From assembly GCA_913043225.1 (NCBI GenBank), contig CAJWLU010000006.1, forward strand, positions 32,001 to 96,000: a stretch of DNA of 64,000 nucleotides, written 5' to 3'. The notes beneath the pieces were generated by a model. It was not told the origin of the DNA. It made no database searches and saw only the letters and a list, made by a program, of their open reading frames with translations. The stretch is from an uncultured Acidobacteriota bacterium (GTDB lineage Bacteria > Acidobacteriota > Vicinamibacteria > Vicinamibacterales > UBA8438). The translations under genes were made by a program, and so were the position numbers. This document shows, piece by piece, positions 1 through 9,977 of this stretch. The first letter of the stretch is position 1. Every line of letters starts with the position of its first letter.

Positions 1-1553
1 CGCGCGCGATGATGCCCGGGCGAATGGAAGGCACGCCGCTGGCCTACGGGGGCGTGATGTACATGCCACAGTCCGACGACGCTATTGATGCGCTCAACGC
101 GGTGACGGGTGACCTGATCTGGTCTTACCGGCGCGATCTGCCCGAAGACGTGTACGAGCTAGTGGGTGGTAACGCTCGCACCAACCGCAACGTGGCCATC
201 TATGACCGGCTCATACTCAATACTACCGATGACAACTACGCGATTGGGCTCGATGCCACCAGTGGCGAGGTGGTGTGGGAGAACCAGATTTTTGACTATA
301 GGGTGACTCCGGCTGGCCACAGCGCTGGCCCGATCATCGCCGAGGGCAAGATGATCTCGGGTCGCAGTTGTCGCCCGATGGGTGGTCCCGAAACCTGCGT
401 GGTGATCGCTCACGATGCGCTGACCGGTGCGGAGGTGTGGCGGCGAAGTACCGTTGCTCTGCCGGGTGAGCCCGGCGACGAGACCTGGGGTGACGTTCCC
501 TACGAGCGGCGCATTCACGTCGGTAGCTGGATGCCCGCCAGTTTCGACCCCGAGTTACGGCTCATTTTTCAGGGCACGTCGGTGACCTCGCCGGCGCCAA
601 AATTCATGCTTGGTGGGGTAGAGAACACGCACCTGTATCACAACTCGACGCTGGCACTCGACGTCGACACGGGAGAGATCCGCTGGTTCTATCAGCACCT
701 GAACGACCACTGGGATCTCGACCACCCGTTCGAGCGCATCCTGGTCGATACTGCGGTGGCGCCAGATGCGTCCGAGGTGAGCTGGATCAACCCTCGCATC
801 CAGGCGGGCGAGGAGCGGAGGGTAGTAACTGGCATCCCGGGTAAGACGGGCGTTGTCTATACGCTCGATCGCGAGACTGGCGAATTCCTGTGGGCCACAC
901 CGACTGTGACCCAGAACGTGATCAACGGTATAGATGGCGCCACTGGCGTGGTCAGCGAGAACGCTGAAGTGGTCTTTACGCAGGCCGGGCAACAGGTGTT
1001 TGCCTGTCCCACCTGGAACGGCGGCAAAGACTGGGAGGCCGGCGCCTACAGTCCCCTGACGAACACGATGTATATGCCGTTGCGACAGACCTGTGCCCGG
1101 ATGATGGCGGCTACCGAGTTTGAGGACCGTCCGAACGAACCAAACGAAAGCCGGGCGGCCATCTATGCGATCGCGTACCGACACCAGGTGGCGCCGGGCA
1201 CCGACAATGTGGGCACGGTGCGTGCTATTTCGGCAGAGACCGGCGCGACCGAGTGGCTCTACGAGCAGCGGGCGGCCACGATGTCGCTCGTGGCGACAGG
1301 TGGTGGGTTGCTGTTTGGTGGCGATACCAACGGTCGGTTCCGCGCCTTCAGTCAGCAAACCGGGGAAGTGCTCTGGGAGATCAATCTTGGCTCGCCAGTC
1401 AGCGGGTTTCCGATCAGCTTCGGAGTGGACGGGAAGCAGTACATCGCCGTGGCGACCGGTGCTGGCGGAACTTCCTCGCACTTCGGCGGTCTGACCCCGG
1501 AACTTCGGCCGAGCAACGGCAATAACCTATTTGTGTTTGCGCTACCAGAATGA
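1..1553 (+). CDS. PQQ-dependent dehydrogenase-like beta-propeller protein (5' end truncated by window edge)
   Basis: GTPL motif, repeated A-x-D-x-x-T-G-x-x-x-W blade motifs, DHWDLDHPFE and C-terminal GKQYIAV. Alignment with the paralog at 9978 shows the frame starts upstream of the window. Confidence 0.9.
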   Translation, partial: RAMMPGRMEGTPLAYGGVMYMPQSDDAIDALNAVTGDLIWSYRRDLPEDVYELVGGNARTNRNVAIYDRLILNTTDDNYAIGLDATSGEVVWENQIFDYRVTPAGHSAGPIIAEGKMISGRSCRPMGGPETCVVIAHDALTGAEVWRRSTVALPGEPGDETWGDVPYERRIHVGSWMPASFDPELRLIFQGTSVTSPAPKFMLGGVENTHLYHNSTLALDVDTGEIRWFYQHLNDHWDLDHPFERILVDTAVAPDASEVSWINPRIQAGEERRVVTGIPGKTGVVYTLDRETGEFLWATPTVTQNVINGIDGATGVVSENAEVVFTQAGQQVFACPTWNGGKDWEAGAYSPLTNTMYMPLRQTCARMMAATEFEDRPNEPNESRAAIYAIAYRHQVAPGTDNVGTVRAISAETGATEWLYEQRAATMSLVATGGGLLFGGDTNGRFRAFSQQTGEVLWEINLGSPVSGFPISFGVDGKQYIAVATGAGGTSSHFGGLTPELRPSNGNNLFVFALPE

Positions 1554-1597
1554 CAAGCACGAATATGCCTTCGCCTTGCCGGACAAGAGGTGACCAT

Positions 1598-2653
1598 ATG
1601 AGATGGCTGCACCAGCGAGTTTTCCCGGGGGTCATCGCGCTGTGGGCTTTGGCCGTTCCCGTCACGGCGCAATCGACCTTCGATATCTACTGGGTCGACG
1701 TTGAGGGCGGAGCCGCGACCTTGGCAGTCGCCCCGGACGGTCAGTCATTGCTCATCGATACTGGCTTCCCCGGGCCGGACGACCGAGATGCCATGCGGAT
1801 TAAAGCAGCTCTCGATGAGGCCGGCCTCTCACGAATCGACCATCTCGTCATCACCCACTACCACACCGATCACGTCGGCGGTCTTGAGGCGCTGGCCGAG
1901 ATGGTGCCGATCGGGCACTGCTACGACCACAACACCATCACCGAGTCTGAGAATCAGCGGTGGGTTGATGCCTATCTGCGAGTGTGCGGCGACAAGCGGA
2001 CCGAGGTGCACGCTGGAGACCGGATTCCATTCGGAGCGGTCACTGTCGACGTGGTGGCGTCGAACGGCGAGCTCATCGATATGCCGATCAACGGTGGAGC
2101 GGTGAACCCGCGTTGTGTGACGGCTGAACGAAAGGAGCAGGCCAGCCCCGAGAACCAGCGGAGCGTTGGCGTGCTGTTTAGCTATGGGCGGTTCACTTTT
2201 CTCGACCTCGGCGACTTCAACTGGGCGAAGGAGATCGAGTTGGCCTGTCCGGTGAATCTAGTGGGCGAAGTCACGCTGTATCAGACCAGCCGCCACGCCG
2301 CATTCGACGACGCCGGGGCGCCGACGCATCTCTACGCCATCAAGCCTCAGGTCGTGGTGGTCAACAATGGACCCCGGAAGGGGTTGGGTGGAACCTCGCC
2401 TGGCTTCGATGAGGTGATGACCCGCCACTATCGGCGCATCGTAGCAAGTCCTGACCTCGAAGACGTGTGGCAGGGGCACCGATCGCTGTTCGCTCCTGGA
2501 GCCGTGGATAACGCGGCCGATGAGCGCATTGCTAACTTCGAAGAATCTGACACGTGCGAAGGGCACTGGCTTCGGGCATCGGTCACGGCTGGTGGTGACT
2601 TCGAGATATTCAACAGCCGCAACGGCTACGGCCGGGACTACACCGCGCGATGA
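1598..2653 (+). CDS. Secreted MBL-fold metallo-hydrolase (ComEC/Rec2-like)
   Basis: Signal peptide, DVEGGAATL, LIDTG and THYHTDH (HxHxDH) motif. GAGG precedes ATG 1598. Confidence 0.85.
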   Translation: MRWLHQRVFPGVIALWALAVPVTAQSTFDIYWVDVEGGAATLAVAPDGQSLLIDTGFPGPDDRDAMRIKAALDEAGLSRIDHLVITHYHTDHVGGLEALAEMVPIGHCYDHNTITESENQRWVDAYLRVCGDKRTEVHAGDRIPFGAVTVDVVASNGELIDMPINGGAVNPRCVTAERKEQASPENQRSVGVLFSYGRFTFLDLGDFNWAKEIELACPVNLVGEVTLYQTSRHAAFDDAGAPTHLYAIKPQVVVVNNGPRKGLGGTSPGFDEVMTRHYRRIVASPDLEDVWQGHRSLFAPGAVDNAADERIANFEESDTCEGHWLRASVTAGGDFEIFNSRNGYGRDYTAR

Positions 2654-3777
2654 GGCATTTGGCTCTCGTTCTGTTGGTTGGTCTGGGCGGCTGTGTTGCC
2701 GCGGTGCCGGAAGAGGCTCCGACCGGGTCGACCGTTTCCAGAGAGGTAAGGAAGGGTGGCGATGGCCGGTATGGAGGCTACGACCCTGTGCCTGGTTGGT
2801 GGAAGCCGGCGCCTGACCACCAGGAGCCCTGGACGTGGGGCGAGGTGTCTGGCGTCGCGGTTGACACGTCCGAGCGGATCATCGTGGCCGTGTGGGGCGA
2901 CCGAAGTGCCGACGGGCAGGAACGACCGGACGGATCGAACTACCTCGTCGTGGTCGATGGTAACGGTAACCTCCTGGAGAACTGGTCGCAGTGGGACGAC
3001 ACTCTGAATCGTCCCCATCAGGTCTACATCAGTCCGTATGACGCCGAGCGTCACATCTGGGTAGTGGAACGGGGACGTGGCCGCGGGGTCAGTATGCAGG
3101 TGTTGAAATTCACCAACGACGGTCAGGAGCTGGTAATGCGGCTGGCCGACGATGACGATCCCGCCACGCTGGACGAGGCTCGGGCCAACCCAGATCCTGG
3201 TCCCTATGACTACGGCGATCCCTCTGTGCTCGCCTTTCTACCTGACGGGACGTTCTTGCTTGGCGATGGGTACTGGAACACACGCATCGTGAAGTACGAC
3301 GCCGAGGGCAACTACCTGATGGAGTGGGGCGAGGCAGGTTCGGGTCCGGGCCAGTTCAACCTGGTGCATGGGCTGGCCGTCGACCGACAGCGCCGGGTGC
3401 TGGTGGCGGACCGACGGAACAACCGTATCCAGCTGTTTACGGAAGAGGGCGTCTTCATCGAGGAGTGGCCCGACATCACCGACCCGGTCGGCGTGTTCGT
3501 GGATGAGCGGGACGCGGTGTGGGTTGTCTCAGCCAGCATGCATCGCGTGCTTAAGTTTAGCGCCGAGGGCGAGCTGCAACACAGCTGGGGGGCCTACGGC
3601 GGACCTGGTGGCCTGGTCGGCGGGCTATTCCGGCCGCATCAGATCGATGTGGGCCGGGACGGAAGCGTCTACGTGGCGAGTTGGTCTGGGGGCTGGCTGA
3701 ACAAGTTCGTGCCTCGCGCCGAGGCCGATCCGGAGCTTCTAATAGGTACGGCCCTGGTGCTCGAGCAGCAGGACTAA
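2650..3777 (+). CDS. NHL-repeat lipoprotein, peptidyl-alpha-hydroxyglycine lyase (PAL)-like
   Basis: Lipobox LGGC, NHL repeats, DGYWN, GPGQFNLVHGLAVD and DRRNNRIQ. ATGA overlap with the upstream gene. Confidence 0.85.
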   Translation: MRHLALVLLVGLGGCVAAVPEEAPTGSTVSREVRKGGDGRYGGYDPVPGWWKPAPDHQEPWTWGEVSGVAVDTSERIIVAVWGDRSADGQERPDGSNYLVVVDGNGNLLENWSQWDDTLNRPHQVYISPYDAERHIWVVERGRGRGVSMQVLKFTNDGQELVMRLADDDDPATLDEARANPDPGPYDYGDPSVLAFLPDGTFLLGDGYWNTRIVKYDAEGNYLMEWGEAGSGPGQFNLVHGLAVDRQRRVLVADRRNNRIQLFTEEGVFIEEWPDITDPVGVFVDERDAVWVVSASMHRVLKFSAEGELQHSWGAYGGPGGLVGGLFRPHQIDVGRDGSVYVASWSGGWLNKFVPRAEADPELLIGTALVLEQQD

Positions 3778-3956
3778 CGCCCTGCGGGTGGCACTCGCAG
3801 ATTCCATTCCACGTATATCTGGCTGGTGTCCGGCCGACGTGCGCCCGCCAGGGCGAGGTCGAGATCGTCACTCACGAAGAGATGAGCGTAGCCGGCGTCT
3901 ATAGCTGACACAGTAGTTTCGTCGCAGGAGGTCGCGGGGGGATCGTTCAACCGGGT

Positions 3957-4334
3957 ATGCCGAGTTCGGTTAGGAAGGCTCTGATCCTACTCATCGTCAC
4001 GATGCTCATGGAAATAGGCCGGACGCTTCTGGACCCGTCTTTTATGCCAGTGGGTCTTAATGTTCCCCTGCCGGTAGAGGTCGTCTCGATCATCGCTTTC
4101 GTGTCGCTGCTCATCGCCGGCATCGCCAACGGTCGGCGGTGGGTCGCCATTCTACTGGTCGTCGTCTTCGTGCCCGGGACTCTAGTGACAATTTGGGGGA
4201 CATTCGACGCAGTCAGGCTCGTTTTGATCATCTGGGACACGCTAGCTGCGGCCGTGAACATCGCAGTGTTGGCGCTGATTCTTGGTAGCCCGGCACGCGA
4301 GTGGCTCCGAAAGTGTAAGGCAGCTCGAAACTAG
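3957..4334 (+). CDS. Hypothetical membrane protein (about 4 TM helices)
   Basis: 125-aa hydrophobic ORF with four apolar segments. Confidence 0.6.
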   Translation: MPSSVRKALILLIVTMLMEIGRTLLDPSFMPVGLNVPLPVEVVSIIAFVSLLIAGIANGRRWVAILLVVVFVPGTLVTIWGTFDAVRLVLIIWDTLAAAVNIAVLALILGSPAREWLRKCKAARN

Positions 4335-4447
4335 CCCGCTACAACCTATGGCCTTACCGGTGAGGACCCTGGTCTAGGTACGGAAGCAGCGTCGTGTGGA
4401 GCGCGCCAGCACAGCAGCCGCACCTCCAGGGGGCTAGAGTGGGGCGG

Positions 4448-4453
4448 TATAAT
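4448..4453 (+). promoter_or_regulatory. Putative sigma70 -10 element (TATAAT)
   Basis: Perfect TATAAT in intergenic DNA 22 nt before GTG 4476. The same hexamer precedes other genes at 7989, 19439, 25170, 50488, 53393 and 57093. Confidence 0.6.
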
Positions 4454-4475
4454 CGGCCAAGCCTAGGAATCGTTT

Positions 4476-5321
4476 GTGAGCAGATACGCCGCCTTGATCG
4501 CGTTGGTTCTCGGAGGCGCCGCCATCTGGTCTGATACGAACAGAGAGAAGCGAGCGGGACTCGGCGTGGCGGCGGTGGTCTCGCGTGCTGCCGAACCGGT
4601 CGCTGCCCAGCAACGCGCCGTCATCCGGCGAGAGGAAATCATTCCCACGCTGAAGAACCCGAGCGCGGACGGACGGGAGTTCGTCTTCACTCGGGCGATC
4701 TACAGCGGGGGCGGGTGGCGTAGTAACTCCTGGGCGACCGACTTCCCGAAGGCGGACCGGCAGTTTCTGACGATTATCGACCGGCTGGTCGATCTGGACG
4801 CGTTCATGGGGGAGAACGCCGTCCGGCTCGACGATCCCGATCTGCGCCGCTTCCCGTTTCTTTACGCGCTCGAAGTCGGCTACATGTATATGACCGAGCC
4901 CGAGGTCGTAGGATTGCGGGATTACCTGCTGGCGGGCGGCTTCCTGATGCTTGACGACTTCTGGGGCTCGGGGGAGTGGGCCAACTTCGAGGCAGAGATC
5001 AAGCGTGTGCTGCCTGAGTATCCGATCGTCGATATTCCGCTCGACCACCCGATCTTCACTACCTTCTACAACATCGAAGAGATCCTTCAGGTGCCGAACC
5101 TGTACAACGCGCAGGGCGGCCCGACCTGGCAGCGAGACGGCATCACGCCCCAGGTCCGCGGCATCTTCGACGCGGCAGGGCGGTTGATGGTGTTCATTAA
5201 CTGGAATACCGATATCGGGGATGCCTGGGAGTGGGCGGAGCACCCGTACTATCCGCTGCGGTACTCCACCTACGCGATCGAGATCACAGTCAACGCGATC
5301 GTCTACGCGATGAGTCACTAA
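4476..5321 (+). CDS. DUF4159 domain-containing protein
   Basis: WATDFPKAD, LRDYLLAGGFLMLDDFWG, IPLDHPIF, NTDIGDAWE and terminal YAMSH are typical of DUF4159. Confidence 0.85.
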   Translation: MSRYAALIALVLGGAAIWSDTNREKRAGLGVAAVVSRAAEPVAAQQRAVIRREEIIPTLKNPSADGREFVFTRAIYSGGGWRSNSWATDFPKADRQFLTIIDRLVDLDAFMGENAVRLDDPDLRRFPFLYALEVGYMYMTEPEVVGLRDYLLAGGFLMLDDFWGSGEWANFEAEIKRVLPEYPIVDIPLDHPIFTTFYNIEEILQVPNLYNAQGGPTWQRDGITPQVRGIFDAAGRLMVFINWNTDIGDAWEWAEHPYYPLRYSTYAIEITVNAIVYAMSH

Positions 5322-5372
5322 GGGAGAACCCATGGTGTGGCTTCGGGCCCACCGAGAGAAGAGGGGAAAGCG

Positions 5373-6383
5373 ATGAGTCAACGTCACGGATTTGCGGGGG
5401 CGCTCATGGTTGCCGTCGGGCTGCTGGCGGGGTTGGCGTCGGCGCAGGAGTCTCCCCGGACATCCTGGGGTGCTCCAGATCTACAGGGTATCTGGGATTT
5501 CCGTACCATTACCCCACTGCAGCGGCCGGCGGCGGCGGGCGATCAGGCAGTGTTGACTGAAGAAGAGGCGGCGGCGGTCGAGCAGGCGACTATTCAGCGG
5601 AACATCGAGCTCGCTGGTCGTGAAGCGCGGCGCACCGAGACCACGCGCAGCGTCGACGTGGGGGAGGATGGCGCTCCAGGGTTCTACAACAACTTCTGGC
5701 TCGATTCAGGGACCCGGTCGACCGGACGCACCTCGCTCATCTCCGATCCACCGAACGGCCGGATTCCGCCGTTGACCCCAGCGGCGGCGGCCGAGGTGGA
5801 GGCGCGTCGGGCATATCTGGCAACGAACCCGGCAGACTCCTACACCGAACGCAACACCTCGGACCGATGCCTGGTTGGTTTCAATGCCGGCCCACCAATC
5901 ACACCGCTTGGCTACAACCAGAACATGCAGTTGTTCCAGACCGAGCAGCACGTGGTCCTGCTGACCGAGATGGTGCACACCGCGCGCGTGGTTCCGCTCG
6001 ACGGGCGCGGCGTGATCGACAGTGACATCCGTTTGTGGGTTGGCGACTCGCGTGGCTACTGGGAAGGGGAGACGCTGGTGGTTGAGACCGCCAATTTTCG
6101 TGACGACCGGAAGTGGGTCCCGCTCGGTAGCGCGCCTCCGGGCACAGGCTCGTCTGGCAATATGACGTTGGTGGAGCGATTCACTCGGGTGGATCAGGAG
6201 ACGCTGCTCTACGAGTTCACGGTGACTGACCCGGAGGTCTGGGTTACGCCTTGGAGCGCACAGCTTCCGATGAAGCAGAACGACTTGACGCTCTTCGAAT
6301 ATGCATGCCACGAGGGCAACTACAGTATGGATGGGATCCTGGGTGGGGCCAGGGCCGACGAACGGGCCGCCGGCGAACGGTAG
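5373..6383 (+). CDS. Secreted hypothetical protein, EYACHEGN family (paralog 1)
   Basis: Signal peptide, RTSWGAPDLQGIW, GDSRGYWEGETLVVET, ERFTR and EYACHEGNY. Confidence 0.85.
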   Translation: MSQRHGFAGALMVAVGLLAGLASAQESPRTSWGAPDLQGIWDFRTITPLQRPAAAGDQAVLTEEEAAAVEQATIQRNIELAGREARRTETTRSVDVGEDGAPGFYNNFWLDSGTRSTGRTSLISDPPNGRIPPLTPAAAAEVEARRAYLATNPADSYTERNTSDRCLVGFNAGPPITPLGYNQNMQLFQTEQHVVLLTEMVHTARVVPLDGRGVIDSDIRLWVGDSRGYWEGETLVVETANFRDDRKWVPLGSAPPGTGSSGNMTLVERFTRVDQETLLYEFTVTDPEVWVTPWSAQLPMKQNDLTLFEYACHEGNYSMDGILGGARADERAAGER

Positions 6384-6408
6384 GCTCACAAGAGGGCGGA
6401 GCGACGAC

Positions 6409-6705
6409 ATGGCGATTGCGCACCTGCGCACCTACACAGTTAACAAGGGGCAGATGGATAGCTGGCTCGAGCTATTTCGCGAGAGGTTGACACCGCTGCT
6501 GGCCGAGTGCGACATCACCATTGAGGGCGTGTGGGTCAATGAGGCCAGGACCCAGTTCATCTGGGTGCGCAGTTACGGCGAAACCGAAGCGGAGCTCGAA
6601 CGGAAGGAAGCGGCGTTCTACGGATCTGACTGGTGGAAAGCCAACGTGGATCTAGTGCGCGGGCATCTCGCGCACAGGCAGATCGAAGTGATTCGAACCG
6701 TGTAG
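6409..6705 (+). CDS. NIPSNAP family protein
   Basis: 98 aa with HLRTYTV, FIWVRSY and AFYGSDWW, a NIPSNAP-like pattern. Confidence 0.75.
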   Translation: MAIAHLRTYTVNKGQMDSWLELFRERLTPLLAECDITIEGVWVNEARTQFIWVRSYGETEAELERKEAAFYGSDWWKANVDLVRGHLAHRQIEVIRTV

Positions 6706-6709
6706 ATCG

Positions 6710-7894
6710 CTACACCCTGGGGGCGCGGCGGCCACTGATTACCGTTTCGTGGGGGAGGAGCCGTTGGGTGCCCACCCGCAGGTTCTCGTAATTATCCACA
6801 AACTCGAACCGGTCTTCGCGAAGCTCGAGCACGGCAATGTCAGCCGGAGCACCCACGTTCAGCGTGCCACGGTCGCGGAAGAACGGGTAGAGCCGAGACG
6901 CGTTGCGGGTGACGCAGGCAACCACCGCCTCTAGCGGCATCCCGAAGTTCAAGAATTTCGACATCACGTTCGGCAGGTCGATGACACTGGCGGCTTGTCG
7001 GCTGGTGGTATTGCCGTCGGTCGAGATGGTGTCGGGCCAGAACCCGGCCGCCATGATGGCGTCAAAGGTGTCCCACAGTAGGTGGTCGACGCGTCCGTTG
7101 GCCACATCGAACCAGATGCCACGCCGTCGAGCGGATAGCACTGCCGGCCAGATGTGACCCGCATCGTTCACGATTGCGTTGGGCGGCGGTGCATACATGT
7201 GGGTCACGATGTCACCAGGTTTCAGTAGCGCCAGCAGTGTCGACATCGGCGTGGCCGACTGCCCCATGTGGATCATGACAGGCAGGCTGAAGCTGGTGGC
7301 TACCTCCTGTGCCCGGCGGAGCACCTCGACGTCGTCCGCCGTCACACCTTCGGTCAGGCGCGCCTTGACCCCGATCACGTAGTCTCGATGTCTGGCGATC
7401 GCCGCCTTGGCGACGTCAACGTCGGCCAGCTCGAGCCGATGGGTGTCTCCGTCAGGCAGGATGCCCTCGCGGCCGATGTTGAGAAGTACCCGCGCCGGTT
7501 GCGGGGCCGCGCGAGCAATCGCCACCATTTCGTCAATTTGGTCCGCCCCCTCCGACCCCGCATCGACCCAGCCGGTGACGCCATCTGACAGACAGAGTGC
7601 TGGGCCCTGAGGGTCACGCGCGTAGTGGGTATGCACATCGAGGAGGCCTGGTAAGACCAGGAAGCCAGACGCGTCGATGTCCTCGGCGCTAGCGCTTGGC
7701 AAGGACGGGCCGACGGCTGTGATGAGGCCGTCGCTCACTGCGACATCGGCTACCCGATCGAGGTGCAGCGAGGGGTCGATCACACGGCCACCCCGAATCA
7801 CGAGGTCGTGGTCGGCCTGGAAGGCGTGCAGGCCCCGCGTGAGGGTGGCCGCGCCAATGGCGGCGTCCCTGACAAACTCGCGTCGATTCAGCAT
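6710..7894 (-). CDS. Tat-exported amidohydrolase/deacetylase (dihydroorotase-like)
   Basis: NRREFV twin-arginine signal, PGLLDVHTH, VMIH, DIVTHMY, DTISTD and GTLNVGAPADIAV. Confidence 0.85.
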   Translation of the reverse strand: MLNRREFVRDAAIGAATLTRGLHAFQADHDLVIRGGRVIDPSLHLDRVADVAVSDGLITAVGPSLPSASAEDIDASGFLVLPGLLDVHTHYARDPQGPALCLSDGVTGWVDAGSEGADQIDEMVAIARAAPQPARVLLNIGREGILPDGDTHRLELADVDVAKAAIARHRDYVIGVKARLTEGVTADDVEVLRRAQEVATSFSLPVMIHMGQSATPMSTLLALLKPGDIVTHMYAPPPNAIVNDAGHIWPAVLSARRRGIWFDVANGRVDHLLWDTFDAIMAAGFWPDTISTDGNTTSRQAASVIDLPNVMSKFLNFGMPLEAVVACVTRNASRLYPFFRDRGTLNVGAPADIAVLELREDRFEFVDNYENLRVGTQRLLPHETVISGRRAPRV

Positions 7895-8059
7895 CTGCAG
7901 GCTTCCGGCCCGAGGCTGATGCTGGGCTCTGGAGGCGCCGATGTCAACCATCGTTGCCTCGAGACTGGCAAGGGTCGGGGCAGATCGGTATAATCGCCCC
8001 ACTGACAGACACTTAGGGCCGGAGCCCGAGGTGGGTCGACAAGCTGGAGGAGATCGGTC

Positions 8060-9019
8060 ATGAAGAGAGGCATCTCACTGCGGATGTTCCTATTACTCTC
8101 GGCGGTAGCGATCGCCGGATGCGCGGAGCCCCCCACCGACATCATCGAGGCCGCCCGGGCCAGCGTGGCTGCGGTCGAATCCGAGGGTTCGCAGTATGCC
8201 GCGAGCGCCTTGGCTGATGCGCAGGCGGCCGTGGGCCGGATGGATGCCGAGATGGCGACTCAGGAGCAGGCGTTCGCGCTGTCGCGCGATTACGCGCGCG
8301 CGACCGAGTTGGCGGGTGAGGCGGAGGCGTCGGCTACCGCGGTGACGGCGGCGGCGTCCGCTGAGATGGATCGGCTCCGTGGTGAGGCCACTGGCATGAT
8401 TGGCGACGCTGAGGGCACTATTGCCGAGGCGCGTGGCGGGATCGCAGGCCTGGATGAAGAGGCCGCTGCGCCGCTACTGGAGAGCGTGGCTGGGGCGGAG
8501 GCGTCGGTGTCGGCCGCCAACGCGGCTCTCGGCGCCAATGATCTTCAGGACGCGCATCGAGAGGCGAGCGATGCGGTGCGCGCCGCCAACGGTGTGACGT
8601 CCGACTTGGCCGCCACAATTGCGGCGATAGCGGCCGCGGAACTGGCGGCGGCGGAAGAGCTCGTGACCCGTGCGATGAATGGCAGCATCGACATTCCGCG
8701 GTCGGTCTATGTAAACGGGCAGATGCTCGCGGCGGGCGCGTACACGGTTCGGGTGAGTAGCCAGACCGCAGCCCCGGCGCCCGGTCTCGAGCCGGGGTCG
8801 TCGGCGTGGCTCGAGTTCGTCAGTGACGGGGACGGTTCAGTCGCAGGGCGAGGCATGGCGGCGTCGGTGCCCGACGCTGAGATGGACGAGGTCACCGACG
8901 GGTGGTATCCGCGTAACCAGGCCCATGTCGATCAGCTGCAGGGTGGTGATTACGTGCGTGTATGGCTCAACCGCAGTGGGGTGAGCTATCTGGTGCACGC
9001 GCCGACGTCCGCGCCGTAG
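8060..9019 (+). CDS. Ala-rich lipoprotein (DUF4398-like N-terminal helical region)
   Basis: Lipobox IAGC, long Ala/Glu-rich helical region and a beta-rich C-terminal domain. Confidence 0.7.
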   Translation: MKRGISLRMFLLLSAVAIAGCAEPPTDIIEAARASVAAVESEGSQYAASALADAQAAVGRMDAEMATQEQAFALSRDYARATELAGEAEASATAVTAAASAEMDRLRGEATGMIGDAEGTIAEARGGIAGLDEEAAAPLLESVAGAEASVSAANAALGANDLQDAHREASDAVRAANGVTSDLAATIAAIAAAELAAAEELVTRAMNGSIDIPRSVYVNGQMLAAGAYTVRVSSQTAAPAPGLEPGSSAWLEFVSDGDGSVAGRGMAASVPDAEMDEVTDGWYPRNQAHVDQLQGGDYVRVWLNRSGVSYLVHAPTSAP

Positions 9020-9049
9020 GCCGGTGGGTCGCAGTCGGGGAGAGTCTTC

Positions 9050-9949
9050 ATGTTGAGAGCGTCCGTTCTAACCGGCCTGTTGGCCGCAGGCGCCCTGTGC
9101 ACGGTGGTTGCCGCGCGTCCACAGGCTCCGCCGATGCAGCTCGATCAGCTCGACGACAAGCTCTATGTTTTGAACGGTGGCTGCATGTGCGGGAATACTC
9201 TGTTCTACATCGCCGATGGCGGTGTCGTCATGGTCGACACGAAGGTCGCCGGTCAGGGCGAGGCCATCCTTGAACAGCTCCGCACGGTGACCGACAAACC
9301 GGTCGCCATGATCATCAACACTCACACCCACTTCGACCATACGGGGAGTAACGGCGAGTTCGGGGCGGTCGAGCGAATCGTTACCCACGAGAACGCCCGT
9401 CGCAGCCTCACGAAGGACAGCTGTGCGCCCGTGACTAACTGCGAAGCGTTTCGGGGCGCCGACGCGCAATACCTGCCGAACGTCACCTTCAGCGACACGG
9501 AGAACCTGATGGTGGGGAACGATCGGATCGACCTGTACTACTTCGGTCCTGGGCACACCGACGGTGACGCTTGGATCGTCTTCCCGGATATCCAGGTGGC
9601 GATGGGAGGCGACCTCTTCGGCGCGAAAGGGGTCCCCTTTATCGACATTGAGAATGGCGGCAGCGCGATCGAGTACGACGAGACGATTGCCCGCGCCGTG
9701 GCCGGCCTAGAGAATGTCGACACAGTGATCTCTGGTCACGTGCAGGCCTATCCCTGGAACGACCTCGTGCGCTACGCCGAGTTCCATGCCCGACTCGAGG
9801 AGCACATCCTGGCGGGCCGCGAGGCGGGGAAGACCCCGGAAGAGGTGACCGCCGAGTTCGCCCTACCGGAACATCTCAACGACTTCGGCTTCGCCGAACC
9901 ATTCGCGACCAACTTCGTGCGCCTGATGTTCGAAGAAGCGGCGCGCTGA
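9050..9949 (+). CDS. Secreted MBL-fold metallo-hydrolase (cyclase-like)
   Basis: Signal peptide, INTHTHFDHTG, GPGHTDGD, GDL and ISGH. Confidence 0.85.
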   Translation: MLRASVLTGLLAAGALCTVVAARPQAPPMQLDQLDDKLYVLNGGCMCGNTLFYIADGGVVMVDTKVAGQGEAILEQLRTVTDKPVAMIINTHTHFDHTGSNGEFGAVERIVTHENARRSLTKDSCAPVTNCEAFRGADAQYLPNVTFSDTENLMVGNDRIDLYYFGPGHTDGDAWIVFPDIQVAMGGDLFGAKGVPFIDIENGGSAIEYDETIARAVAGLENVDTVISGHVQAYPWNDLVRYAEFHARLEEHILAGREAGKTPEEVTAEFALPEHLNDFGFAEPFATNFVRLMFEEAAR

Positions 9950-9977
9950 CACCGGGCAACGCCCGGAGGGAGCTGGC

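Noticed and set aside
8150..8680. GCG/GCC-rich low-complexity tract
   Set aside because: Explained by the Ala-rich helical region of the lipoprotein, not a DNA repeat array.
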